From positions 4,096,001 through 4,160,000 of the forward strand of contig CBDCJH010000002.1 of the NCBI GenBank assembly GCA_965217775.1: a stretch of DNA of 64,000 nucleotides. Direction: 5' to 3'. Numbering within the stretch: position 1 is the stretch's first letter; every line of letters begins with the position of its first letter. This document shows positions 1 to 9,713 of this stretch, in pieces. Under the pieces are notes generated by a model. The model was not told the DNA's origin and searched no databases. It saw nothing but the letters and a program-made list of their open reading frames with translations. The translations under genes were made by a program, and so were the position numbers. This DNA is from Acidobacteriota bacterium (GTDB lineage: Bacteria > Acidobacteriota > UBA6911 > RPQK01 > JAJDTT01).

Positions 1-2868
1 TTGCAAAAACTCCCTCACCGGCTGAGCGTCCGGGACCGGGCCTCGGAACTCCAGCTCGAAGGATCCACCCTCGCGGGTTTCATAACCGCCCATGATCGTG
101 ACGATCTTGTCCGCCCCGGATACGGCGCCCACGGCGCCGAAGAGCCGGAAGGCGTCGCCTGCCTCGAACATGCGGATGGTCAAGACTTCGATGCTCTCCA
201 CCTTCTTCGCCCGTGCCTGCTCCCACAACCGGATCAGGGCCTCCTTGAGAATGCCTTCCGCGATAAAAGACTGAGTCGCTGCTCCGGGCGGATCGCTTCC
301 ACCCTGCTCTGAGACGGAGCCTATACCTCCCCCCCCCACATACGTCCCGGCTGATCCTCCCGGTTTCGTCCCCCCCGGTTCATCGGCCTTCTTCCTTGGC
401 CAGATGCCGGCATTCTTCGCATAGGCCATGGTGAAGATCACGGATTGCTCATCGATCATGATGCCGGCCGCCGGATCGCCCGGTCCGAACAGCAACTCTC
501 CGCGCCGATAGACGTATTCGCTCTGCTCGACGCCGCGCCGCACGCCACGAATGAAGACGTTGTCGCCAATCAGGATCGGGAGCGCGGGATCGAGCCTGAA
601 CTCGTCCCGCAACGCCAGCGTGGTGATCTGACCCTTTTTGAGCGGTGTCCGGTCGCGCACATAAGCGGGGGAGTCCGGCTCGTCCTCGGACAGGCGCAGC
701 TTGTTGAGATCGCGTAATGCCCGCACGATCTGCTGCTGGCCCGCTCCCGGCTGATCGGAGGTGGAATGGATGTCGATCGCCGTGTGGGCCAGATCGACCC
801 TACTCGCGCCGACCCGGTTGCGGGATGGATAGAACACGTGCCGGTAACACTGTTGAATGGCGATCGCGAGTTCCTGCTCGGATCGGGCTTCCAGCTCGCG
901 CACCTTGGCCTGCTGGTGCTCCGCCAGATCGATGAGGCGTTCCGGCTTTTTCAGTTCCCGCAGCGCCAGACGATGATAGGTCTTGCGGCGCATCTCCGCC
1001 TTGCGGGCTCCGTCCGCGACCACGAACACCACATGGTTCCGAAGCCTCCTCAAGGCCGAACCTTCCGAGCCTTTCCGAGTGTAGATCCGCTCGATCAAAT
1101 CGGGCACGTTCTCAACCGAGCTGCCGATGGTCAAGCCGTCATAGGACAGAACGATGAGCTTCGGCCGGCCGTCGCCGACCTCGTCGGGAACATCGAACGG
1201 CCCTCCCGGAAAGGACACCGTCTCGAACCTCTCCCCCCCGAATATCTGGCGGATGCGGTCGTTGAGCTCGGCGCGGGCTTCCCCGGCATCCACATGGCGC
1301 TCCTCGCGACGGATGATCTGGCGCAGATTGGCCTCGGCCAGAAAGCGCATCGGCGCGCCGGGGCGGTCGTCAAGGTAGGCGGAATCGGTGATGAACTTCT
1401 CGCGCGCCCCCTCGATAAAGCTGATGTCCGTCTTGGGACTCAGGATCGAATAGCGCAGCTGCTCCGGAGAAATCCCCTTGAGCGGATCGTTGAAGGCCAG
1501 CGTGTGCATGAAGATGGTGCGGGCGACATAGACTGCATACGGCGGCAGGCCACCGTGATTAAGGGCGTCGATCTCCTGCGCCAGCGCCTTCTTCCCGGCC
1601 AAACCGGCAGCAACGTCGTTGGTGATGGCCGGCAGGTAGGCGGACTGCCCGAGGCGTGTCACGATCTCCTGGCGGACGGGTTCGTAGCCGGGATCGATAT
1701 GGTGAAGATGAATCGCCGTCGCGTCCGCGGGCTGCTCCTCCCAAAGATGCGAGATGGTCCGCGCCAACAACCGCAGCATGCCGCGAACTCGCTGAAAATT
1801 GCCCAGTGTCGCCGTCTTTCCGGTCAGGGTCTCCAGCACTTCCGGATGCAGCGGGTAACTCGAGCGGAAGGTCTCCACCGTCTCCGCGCGGCCGGCCTCC
1901 TCCGACAAGGACTCCTTGTTGGCTCTCCACCGCGCCCGGTAGGCCTCCGTAACAGCGGGAATCTTGGTCTCGTCGATGAATTCGAACAGACGGCGGCGGA
2001 GCACCTGAACCGTCTCGTCCTCCTCTGTGGGGTTCAAAAGCGTCGCCTTGCGAGCCGAGACGCTTTCCGCTTCGGCCATGTGATCGGCGATGAACTGAGT
2101 TTCTTCATTGTAGGCGTCGGTGGCTCGGCCGTCCTTGCCGATCGCCAGGGTGTAGACGAGGGCGGCGTTGGGCGCGCTCTCGACAGCCTTGAACAATGAG
2201 GTCAGAAACGCCGTCAACTGATCGCGAGCATCCTCAAGGTTGCGCACCTTGCGCAGGTAAACCGAAAGTTCGTCGAGCAGAATCAGGGTCGGCTCGTCGC
2301 CGAACAACTCGCGCAGGGTCTCGGCACCCGGTGCGATGCAACTTTCGTCGCTCCTGCGAACCCGCTCGTAGCCCGCTCGCCCGGCAAGCGCATGGGCAAG
2401 CTCGCCCCAGGGAGTATAGGCGAGAAGACCTCCTTCCATCCTCCGGCCATTGGCCGGATCAGCGTTCTCACCATCGAATGCCGCAACGCGGACATGGCTT
2501 CGAGGCAAAAGGGCCGGATCGACAAACTCCGCAATGTTCGAGACGCTCTGCATTCCGTGTGCGGCATGGCACAAGGCGATCAGCCCGTGGGTCTTGCCGC
2601 CGCCGTAAGAGGTGTCGAGCCGGATAATCGACGCGATCTCCCCCCCCGCACCGGTCAGCCGCCGACACACATTGGCGAGCAGGTTCTTGAGGCCCCTGGT
2701 GGGATAGGTGTTGGCGAAGAAACGGACCGGGTCACGATATTCGGCATTTCCCGAGCCGGTCTTGATGATGACTTGGGCTAGATCCGCCGCGAAATCGGAT
2801 TCAGTAATCGCTCCCTTGAGAACGTCCGCTCGCGGCCGGCAGATCTCGAATAGGGTCGGGATGGTCAT
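1..2868 (-). CDS. DUF499-family AAA+ ATPase (3' end beyond left window edge)
   Basis: Missing from the ORF track (consistent with no stop in the window). Read manually: ATG at 2868 gives MTIPTLFEICRPRADVL..SDFAADLA; Walker A LDTSYGGGKTHGL near 2580-2620; Walker B ILLDEL near 2270-2285. Confidence 0.85.
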   Translation of the reverse strand, partial: MTIPTLFEICRPRADVLKGAITESDFAADLAQVIIKTGSGNAEYRDPVRFFANTYPTRGLKNLLANVCRRLTGAGGEIASIIRLDTSYGGGKTHGLIALCHAAHGMQSVSNIAEFVDPALLPRSHVRVAAFDGENADPANGRRMEGGLLAYTPWGELAHALAGRAGYERVRRSDESCIAPGAETLRELFGDEPTLILLDELSVYLRKVRNLEDARDQLTAFLTSLFKAVESAPNAALVYTLAIGKDGRATDAYNEETQFIADHMAEAESVSARKATLLNPTEEDETVQVLRRRLFEFIDETKIPAVTEAYRARWRANKESLSEEAGRAETVETFRSSYPLHPEVLETLTGKTATLGNFQRVRGMLRLLARTISHLWEEQPADATAIHLHHIDPGYEPVRQEIVTRLGQSAYLPAITNDVAAGLAGKKALAQEIDALNHGGLPPYAVYVARTIFMHTLAFNDPLKGISPEQLRYSILSPKTDISFIEGAREKFITDSAYLDDRPGAPMRFLAEANLRQIIRREERHVDAGEARAELNDRIRQIFGGERFETVSFPGGPFDVPDEVGDGRPKLIVLSYDGLTIGSSVENVPDLIERIYTRKGSEGSALRRLRNHVVFVVADGARKAEMRRKTYHRLALRELKKPERLIDLAEHQQAKVRELEARSEQELAIAIQQCYRHVFYPSRNRVGASRVDLAHTAIDIHSTSDQPGAGQQQIVRALRDLNKLRLSEDEPDSPAYVRDRTPLKKGQITTLALRDEFRLDPALPILIGDNVFIRGVRRGVEQSEYVYRRGELLFGPGDPAAGIMIDEQSVIFTMAYAKNAGIWPRKKADEPGGTKPGGSAGTYVGGGGIGSVSEQGGSDPPGAATQSFIAEGILKEALIRLWEQARAKKVESIEVLTIRMFEAGDAFRLFGAVGAVSGADKIVTIMGGYETREGGSFELEFRGPVPDAQPVREFLQ

Positions 2869-3151
2869 GGTTCTCACTCTACCTGACTTTCTGAAATTCT
2901 GGCTCCGCGACGATTGGTTCCAGCCAATCCCGCCCGGCGTGCCGCAGGGGCAACGCCTGGGGGCCTATAGCTTACTCATGGTCTAAGGAAGATCATCGAT
3001 CCTGGGGCCTCTGACGGCCGCGAATTTACCATGGTCCCACGATAATTCTGCTTGACGGCGCTCAGGCGACATTTTGGTGGTTGGTGGCCTCAGCCGCGAT
3101 CCAGGCCAGCCTCCGTGGGCAGTCCTTCCTGCGGCGATTTCTACCATTAGA

Positions 3152-4237
3152 TTAATTAAATTTTCTCCCTCGGACCTGCCGAGTTCTCGTTCTTCTTCGG
3201 GAACCCGGCGAATCGAAAGACGGCTCCTCCTCCCCATTCAGCCACGCTTTCATTCCCAAGAAGACTCTCGGCAGTGTCGTGCCATGGTTTGCGAATTCCG
3301 AACTCAACGCTTCCCCAAACGTGGGGAACTCACTGCGGATCAGACGATCATGTATCTCCTCCCCGAATTTGTCCGCCAAGTATTTCAGAATGAAACTGTC
3401 GCCAAAGTAAACGTCCCCGCATGTAATCTCAGGATGATTGCCGGTGAGTGACTCGCAACAGCCGATTTTTGATCCGGCATTTCTGCGTACTTCTTCCAAT
3501 AGTTTTTCGAGCCCCTGCATCCGGTTGGACTCAGTCGTGTTGAACAACCCCTCGTATTCTGCCAAGCCCTCCGCGATCCATGGCGCTGGCGCTTTATAGA
3601 AATAGCCCCAAATGCTCAGTTCGGCCGCATGAGTGATTTCGTGGACCAAGTTCTTGGCATGATAATCGATGGGCGGAAGCTGGAGCCGACCCCAGGCCGG
3701 CCGTGTCTGCCACTCAGGATGGGACGGTGCAAGATATGGAATCCATGCGAAATAGCTTCCATCGTCTTCTTGGGAGCAGCACTTGAATGATGTCAGGCTC
3801 GTCTTGGCATCGTCGTTTGGATCGGGGACGAGGACGATGAAAAGGTGGAGGGGTGCGGTGAGATACCCTCTACCCTCTTCGTACCGTACCGCAGTGAATT
3901 CCGATACGGAATATTTGTCTTGCATGACTTGGAGTCCATGGTCAATCCAATCCGCAACGAATGGGACATCCTGTTCAAACTCTGTCGTGTAGCAAATCGA
4001 GTATCGTTCGTAATCCGATCTCAACCAATCGACATGATCGTAGGAAGATTTGTTGTAAGTGAGATTATCGCATCCGGCATCGACCCGACTGACGACCACG
4101 GCTGAGAGAATGGGAAAGACGCATAATACTAACGACCATCGAATTCTAACCGGGAGAAGGGGACAGTTACCTTCTCTACTCTGACCGGTCAGAACGTGCC
4201 GCTCAAGGACGTCCATTACCTGGCTGGACACGCCCAC
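3152..4237 (-). CDS. Gluzincin-type metallopeptidase-like exported protein (start uncertain)
   Basis: HEITH followed by PWIAEGLAEY; hydrophobic stretch near N-terminus. The 5' part of the ORF overlaps a repeat and an integrase remnant, so the true start is unclear. Confidence 0.65.
   Translation of the reverse strand: MGVSSQVMDVLERHVLTGQSREGNCPLLPVRIRWSLVLCVFPILSAVVVSRVDAGCDNLTYNKSSYDHVDWLRSDYERYSICYTTEFEQDVPFVADWIDHGLQVMQDKYSVSEFTAVRYEEGRGYLTAPLHLFIVLVPDPNDDAKTSLTSFKCCSQEDDGSYFAWIPYLAPSHPEWQTRPAWGRLQLPPIDYHAKNLVHEITHAAELSIWGYFYKAPAPWIAEGLAEYEGLFNTTESNRMQGLEKLLEEVRRNAGSKIGCCESLTGNHPEITCGDVYFGDSFILKYLADKFGEEIHDRLIRSEFPTFGEALSSEFANHGTTLPRVFLGMKAWLNGEEEPSFDSPGSRRRTRTRQVRGRKFN
4148..4183 (+). 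repeat. 36-bp direct repeat, copy 1
   Basis: AACCGGGAGAAGGGGACAGTTACCTTCTCTACTCTG; one mismatch to 6848-6883; internal AGAAGG/CCTTCT hairpin. Confidence 0.9.
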
Positions 4238-4268
4238 CCCGCACCACCCAGAGATCTACGATCGGCGA
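4190..4268 (+). pseudogene. C-terminal remnant of a tyrosine recombinase
   Basis: QNVPLKDVHYLAGHAHP, then (frameshifted) RTTQ..IYDRR, matching the LxGH..xxTT..Y box II. Confidence 0.55.
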
Positions 4269-4334
4269 GCCTGGGACCTCTCACGGGCTCGTTTTTCAGG
4301 ATCTCGGGGAATTTTCGCCACAAGCGGTTCAACG

Positions 4335-5033
4335 TTAACATGCTGTCAGAGTTCTCCTTCGGCCGTCCCTTCTCCGCAGGTTCAAGGAGTTCTGGCGCAC
4401 GAAGCTGTCCCAAGACTCGTAGCATCGAATCGAAGCCTTCTTCAGATGCGGCGCACCGGGAGTACGCTTCAGCTTTCCGGTCAATAGGAACATGCTCTCG
4501 TTGATCCTCCTCGTAATCGGGTAGGGTTCGCGGTTGGGAATAAACTTTGGGTCAAGAAACCCCTTCTCGATATTTCTGGGAGTATGTTTGTTGTTGGCTT
4601 TCCAGAACTCTCTCTCCCTTGGCCCAATCGGGATGATCTCACCTTGTTCGAATGCCTTTGACCACCGGCGGAATTCCTCTTTCAACTTCTCAAACAAATC
4701 CTTCGATACGATGAACACATCCAAATCGGAACATGTGACCGAAAATTTTTTGCCTAGCTTCTTCGGAGCTAGCGACGCTCCAACACGACCGCTGCCCACA
4801 ATGCCAATTTCCTTTGCATGCACATCCAGAAAGAAACTCAGCCAAGAGCGGATGGACTCGTAGATCGCCGGACACTCTCGGAATGCGTAAGGGATACCCT
4901 CCGACAGCCAGAGGCGAACGAGCGCTATCCGTGCCGGCTCTCCACCTCGCTCTGCAGCATCCAATACAAAACATGGGTTCGGGTATGGACCAGTGAGATT
5001 TCTCAGTGGGTCCGGAATGCTAAATGGTTCCAT
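4335..5033 (-). CDS. Pol-beta-superfamily nucleotidyltransferase-like protein
   Basis: IVGSGRVGASL...SDLDVFIVS fits the hG[GS]..DxD signature. Confidence 0.7.
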   Translation of the reverse strand: MEPFSIPDPLRNLTGPYPNPCFVLDAAERGGEPARIALVRLWLSEGIPYAFRECPAIYESIRSWLSFFLDVHAKEIGIVGSGRVGASLAPKKLGKKFSVTCSDLDVFIVSKDLFEKLKEEFRRWSKAFEQGEIIPIGPREREFWKANNKHTPRNIEKGFLDPKFIPNREPYPITRRINESMFLLTGKLKRTPGAPHLKKASIRCYESWDSFVRQNSLNLRRRDGRRRTLTAC

Positions 5034-5701
5034 CTTCGATTGTTCTCCCCGGCATCTTTCAACGACATCAAATGGTCAGCACGACGTTGAATCTTCCGCT
5101 TGTGCTCAAGGCTCAAGGTTTGTGGTTCAGGGTACTTGAGTCGAGCAACAAGCATTGCCGATTTGAGTTCGCTTGCCGAACTCGGGTCGATGTGACCTCG
5201 AAGACAAGCCTGCCTGAAGCTGTTCATCTGCCAGCCATAGTATGCGACCCAGAGATAAAGAGCAGGCAGCCGGATGCGGCCAATGTGGCGCGTCACGCGA
5301 ACAGCGAGAATCATTTCGCTCAGCTTGCGCCGACAGGTTATCTCGTAGCGCCCCGTCACGGTGCGCACGAGCTGCATCGCAATTGTTGATCCTCCTTGCC
5401 GTTGGCCGCAGAAGATCGTCTTCCATACGGCTCTACACATTGCTATGGGATCCACGCCTGGATGGTGATGGAACCGACGATCTTCCCCGGCGACTAAAAA
5501 CTGACACATCTGATGAGTGGGCTTCGGAGCGTCAGCGGAATCCATCTCTGCGACGATTTGGTCCACCTTGTTTTGGAGCTTTCCCCATTCCCCCTGTGCG
5601 ATCCTCTGCCAGAATCTAGGCAGCGCGACAAGGATCACTCCGACCAAAACAACTCCCACTGGAAACGCTACAGTCAGGACGCTGATGTGCTCGACACCCA
5701 T
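5003..5701 (-). CDS. Stand-alone GT51 peptidoglycan transglycosylase-domain protein
   Basis: N-terminal TM helix; EDRRFHHHPG, GGSTIAMQLVR and RKLSE correspond to GT51 motifs 1-3; no transpeptidase domain. Confidence 0.85.
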   Translation of the reverse strand: MGVEHISVLTVAFPVGVVLVGVILVALPRFWQRIAQGEWGKLQNKVDQIVAEMDSADAPKPTHQMCQFLVAGEDRRFHHHPGVDPIAMCRAVWKTIFCGQRQGGSTIAMQLVRTVTGRYEITCRRKLSEMILAVRVTRHIGRIRLPALYLWVAYYGWQMNSFRQACLRGHIDPSSASELKSAMLVARLKYPEPQTLSLEHKRKIQRRADHLMSLKDAGENNRRWNHLAFRTH

Positions 5702-5907
5702 GCTTCAACCTGCTCTGTCCATTCTCCCAGGTCTGCCATGGTCTCCGTTCACATCTCGGGCGGGGCGGGCGAACTCGAACCACAGCTTACGCCAAATCCG
5801 TCGCCGACGATGTATTGGTCTCGGCCTCGGGCTCCTGTTATGGTTCGGCGTGCCGGCCAACTGGCCCTGGAAACAGGCCACAAAGGGCGGCTCCCTGGGA
5901 GAAATCC

Positions 5908-6786
5908 ATGCCCGCCGACCCTACGAGCTTTAAAGATCTAGCTCATCGTGTGAACTACGCGCACAAAAACACCCAACGCCAATACGACAAGTATCCCCCG
6001 AACGACGACATGGTGCCTATCGCCGCCGCCATCAATGCCTGGACGCTTGTCTGCGGCTGCTATATGGGCATCGAGCAGACGATGAAGCTCCTGATTCGGA
6101 TGCGCGGCGGAGTCTCGGAGAACAAACTCAGGGGAACCCACGACCTAGCGTGCCTCTATTCGCTCCTCGACGCTTCGGAGCGGGCCGTAGTCACTAGCTA
6201 CTACCGTGTCTACCGCAGCCTTCACAACTTCGACACCGGCAGTATTGCCCTGGACACCGCTGACGAGTTCATCCGGCACATAGGCGATGGCTACACAAAG
6301 TGGCGCTACATCTTGGTCGAAAATCCCGAGCCGCCCAAGACACACTTGGGATTGATGCTCGAAACCTGGCGGGCATTGGCCCATCTCGCTGTACACCGCG
6401 TATGGGGTCGCGCATTTCACACTCTGGCAGACTACCTGGAAAGCTACATCATGCAGTCCCTCTGCCATGCCGCAGAAAACGATACCGACTGGCAGAAGGC
6501 AGCCTTGGACGAGAACAGTGGAGTCGGGTTCCGCGAATTGCGTGATTGGTTTCACCACCAGAGAAGACCCCTGGTGGCGGGCATCGAACTCTTAAACCGT
6601 TATGCTCAGGGGACTGGAAGCTCCGTACGAGCCTCACCGCTGGCACGCCGCGTCCTACTCCGTGCAGCAGACAAGGCGGTGCGCGGCCCCTATCCAAACT
6701 ACAGGCGGGACGACATCACAATGTTCCATCGCCGAATCCGAGGCAGTGGATTAGCCTGGAACGCCGACAAAGAAGTATTCGAGTAG
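5908..6786 (+). CDS. HEPN-like domain protein
   Basis: GGGAG RBS before ATG; IEQTMKLL...THDLACLY...KWRY pattern resembles HEPN domains. Confidence 0.55.
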   Translation: MPADPTSFKDLAHRVNYAHKNTQRQYDKYPPNDDMVPIAAAINAWTLVCGCYMGIEQTMKLLIRMRGGVSENKLRGTHDLACLYSLLDASERAVVTSYYRVYRSLHNFDTGSIALDTADEFIRHIGDGYTKWRYILVENPEPPKTHLGLMLETWRALAHLAVHRVWGRAFHTLADYLESYIMQSLCHAAENDTDWQKAALDENSGVGFRELRDWFHHQRRPLVAGIELLNRYAQGTGSSVRASPLARRVLLRAADKAVRGPYPNYRRDDITMFHRRIRGSGLAWNADKEVFE

Positions 6787-6847
6787 TTAATGTGGACCTT
6801 GATCAGATCTTCCATAGAATCCAGCCCCTTAAGCGACCATACAGGAC

Positions 6848-6883
6848 AACCGGGAGAAGGGGACAGTTACCTCCTCTACTCTG
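6848..6883 (+). repeat. 36-bp direct repeat, copy 2
   Basis: AACCGGGAGAAGGGGACAGTTACCTCCTCTACTCTG, 2700 bp downstream of copy 1. Confidence 0.9.
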
Positions 6884-6961
6884 CAGATTTTGTAGTCGAC
6901 GACGCACGGTGCGAGTATGGACGCCGGTTGAGCCGTCTCCTGTAATCGTAAAAAATGGGCC

Positions 6962-7483
6962 ATGCTGACCGATTTCCTCATCCGGCCTGAGATGGTCGGC
7001 GACCGGGAGGGCATCGCAGGACTTCTGCTCGCGGCTTTCCCCACTTCTTCCGAAGCCCGCCTCGTTCAGCAACTCCGCGAGGACGGCGATGTCGTGTTCT
7101 CGCTGGTCGCCGTGGAGGCTTCGGATGTCATCGGCCATGCTCTTTTCTCAAGACTGCGCGCTCCGGACGCGGCGCTCTCCCTGGCGCCGGTCGCAGTGGC
7201 GGCAAGCCGCCGTCGTCGGGGGATTGCCGCTGCAATGATCGAGGCTGGACTTGAACGGGCAAGGGCGGAGTGCTGGGCGGCAGTCGTCGTACTCGGGGAT
7301 CCGGCCTATTACCGGCGCTTCGGTTTTAGCCAGGAGACTGTGCGGGGCATGTCATGCCGATATGCCGGGCCGGCTCTGATGGGCCTCGCCCTCTCCGGCG
7401 CCGGCCTGCAAGGACCGCGGATCGAACATGCGTCCGCCTTCTCATCGACCCGGGATTCGAACTCAGACACTCCCCTCGGGTGA
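6962..7483 (+). CDS. GNAT N-acetyltransferase (YhbS-like)
   Basis: LAPVAVAASRRRRGIA motif A and VVLGDPAYYRRFGF. Confidence 0.9.
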   Translation: MLTDFLIRPEMVGDREGIAGLLLAAFPTSSEARLVQQLREDGDVVFSLVAVEASDVIGHALFSRLRAPDAALSLAPVAVAASRRRRGIAAAMIEAGLERARAECWAAVVVLGDPAYYRRFGFSQETVRGMSCRYAGPALMGLALSGAGLQGPRIEHASAFSSTRDSNSDTPLG

Positions 7484-7578
7484 GAATGCTGACCGCGTCC
7501 CGCAACCAAGGGATCCCGGTGGATCGTGCCCATCCGCCCCGGAGGGGGAATGTCCTCGTCAAGTTGACCCCAGGTTTG

Positions 7579-8034
7579 TCAACTCCGCCGGTCAATTTCA
7601 AACGTTACTGAAGTGCGGACCGAGTTGGCGATGAAACACTCTTTGTGGGCAAGTTCGTGGATCTTCTCCAACCCTTCGGGAGATGGTGGCAGGGACCCAA
7701 AGGAGACCTTGGGATGGAGAACCACACGAGTCACGGCCAACTTCCCATCCCCGTTCTTCTCCAGGAACCCTACCGCTGCATCCCGGTAGTGATCCACGAC
7801 CAGCCGCTTACGAGCAGCGATGGCGAGAAAAGTGAGCATATGACAGCTCGCGAGTGCCGCAACATATGCCTTTTCGGGATCGACCAGGTTCGGATTCCCC
7901 AGGTACTCGGGTGCTGAGGACGCACTGACTCGAACCCCACCCTCAAACTTCCAAGTGTGATCGCGGGAGTAGGACCGATACTTGAATTCGGCAGAGCCCC
8001 TTTCCCATTCCACTGTCGCGTGATGCTCCGACAT
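7579..8034 (-). CDS. OsmC/Ohr family peroxiredoxin
   Basis: DPEK..AALASCHMLTFL and AHKECFIANSV, the two-Cys signature. Confidence 0.9.
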   Translation of the reverse strand: MSEHHATVEWERGSAEFKYRSYSRDHTWKFEGGVRVSASSAPEYLGNPNLVDPEKAYVAALASCHMLTFLAIAARKRLVVDHYRDAAVGFLEKNGDGKLAVTRVVLHPKVSFGSLPPSPEGLEKIHELAHKECFIANSVRTSVTFEIDRRS

Positions 8035-8223
8035 GTCTCGATTCCTCTGATCTCTGGTGAAATTTCTCTTTCCCTCCTCCAGGGCCGATTTCGGCTCGGA
8101 GCCCGAAAAGGCGACCTTGTCAAACGCGATGACAAGGACGAGGCCAGGGGCCGGCAGCGTACCCCGCGCCCCAGAGGGATCGACTCATGCAACGCGGCCG
8201 CAAGCTACGGGCACCGTAGTCCA

Positions 8224-9009
8224 TCAATAGCACCAACCGGATGCCATCTCGACCCCGCCGGACCCCATCGAAAAAACTCCAACTGCATGGTCCGGAGGGG
8301 ACGCCTCCGAGCATCCGATCTCGCTCACCGAATAGGTTGCGTCTTGGTCTTCAAACCAGAAGATCCGATGCGCACAAACGCCGGTGCCTTCGATGTCTGA
8401 CCGCCCGGAAAGGAGTTCCAGGTCCGGGGGCTCATTGATCGGGCGAGGCGTATTCCAGGAGCGAAAGCGGAAAGAGCCGTCAGCTCTTCGATCGACGACA
8501 CTTCTGAATTCGGTTGTCCGGCAAACAAACCTGACACCTGGGAATCTACCGGTTGCGGCGTCAGGCAGGTTAACCGAATAAATCTCCAATCGTTCCGCAT
8601 CACCGTCCCTTCGAACGCCGGCCCACAGAAGACCGTTGCCGTAACCGATTCCACCGCTATTGCAGATAACGTCCGTGGGGTCGGTATCCAGCACTCGGCT
8701 TCGCAAGACCTCTGGGAAGACGGCGTCCACCTTGCTGTACAAGGTCGCTGCATCTGCGATGTCAATCCTGACCCCGCCGTCGTTAACTCGCAGAGGATAG
8801 CGGGAAAGAAGCGTCAAGTATGTAGGATCCTCAGCCGCCAAGGCTAACCGTAACTCATGGTGAAAAGTGAGAATCGTCTCTTCTTCGGAAGCCCCGGTGG
8901 CCGTGAGGCACTGGCTGAGCAGTTGTTCCTGAGCGGAGGCGGCCACAGTACCGGGACCAATGCAGACGAGCAAAATGGCAATCAATGCGTGCTTTGGAAA
9001 GTGGCCCAT
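8224..9009 (-). CDS. Exported hypothetical protein
   Basis: Signal-peptide-like ALIAILLVCIGPGTVAASAQ; long protein-like ORF; no family recognised. Confidence 0.6.
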   Translation of the reverse strand: MGHFPKHALIAILLVCIGPGTVAASAQEQLLSQCLTATGASEEETILTFHHELRLALAAEDPTYLTLLSRYPLRVNDGGVRIDIADAATLYSKVDAVFPEVLRSRVLDTDPTDVICNSGGIGYGNGLLWAGVRRDGDAERLEIYSVNLPDAATGRFPGVRFVCRTTEFRSVVDRRADGSFRFRSWNTPRPINEPPDLELLSGRSDIEGTGVCAHRIFWFEDQDATYSVSEIGCSEASPPDHAVGVFSMGSGGVEMASGWCY

Positions 9010-9187
9010 TCGCGTGCTCCACTCAGCTTGCAGGGTGAACCTCCAGGCCGAAGATCTCGCCATCGACCCCGCTGTGAATCGGTCCCCGGCGGCGCACCGG
9101 CCTCACCGTCCTCGAGACGCTGGATTTCGTAGCCCATGTTGAACCCTTGAAGCACCGCGCACCCTCACTTTGTCCGGTCGTTACGCA

Positions 9188-9216
9188 AACCGGAGAAGGG
9201 GACAGTACCCTTCTCT
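9188..9216 (+). repeat. Degenerate third copy of the AGAAGGGGACAG repeat
   Basis: AACCGGAGAAGGGGACAGTACCCTTCTCT. Confidence 0.65.
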
Positions 9217-9311
9217 TTCAGTGATGATCCTATCCAAATTCGGCCACCGGAGATTCGATCTCCAATTTCACCAGCGAATTTGGAGCCGGACAGGGACAGC
9301 AAAGGTAGTGT

Positions 9312-9713
9312 TCAGCCGTTCTGAAGGAAAGGATTGACGATCGTAAGATTCCCGATACGACGCCCTGCCTGAAGGTCTTCCGTCAACAGGATATCGCATC
9401 CGGCTTCGAGGGCCGAGGCAACAATCAGCGAGTCGTAGAAGCTGAAACGGTGCACTCGAGCGAGGTCGACGGCTGCGGAATGGATTTCGACGCCGATGGG
9501 CCGAACGGGGCCGAGCGCCGTTTGCAAATCGGCAACCGCCTCGGCGATCACACCCCAATCAAGCCCGAACTTGCGGTGGAGAACAGACGTGAATTCGTTC
9601 AGGACTTGTACACTGATCGTGCCGCCAGCCAGGATGAGCTGACGGGCGATCTCACTCTTGGGACCCGTTCCTTGGGCATAGATCAGTATGTTCGTGTCGA
9701 GAAACGCGGTCAC
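9312..9713 (-). CDS. vapC: PIN-domain toxin (VapC-like)
   Basis: FLDTNILIY, QVLNEF, FYDSLI, LLTEDLQ; 4-bp overlap with the upstream antitoxin. Confidence 0.92.
   Translation of the reverse strand: MTAFLDTNILIYAQGTGPKSEIARQLILAGGTISVQVLNEFTSVLHRKFGLDWGVIAEAVADLQTALGPVRPIGVEIHSAAVDLARVHRFSFYDSLIVASALEAGCDILLTEDLQAGRRIGNLTIVNPFLQNG

Noticed and set aside
766-2199. 477-aa plus-strand ORF
   Set aside because: Antisense shadow of the DUF499 gene; no motifs.
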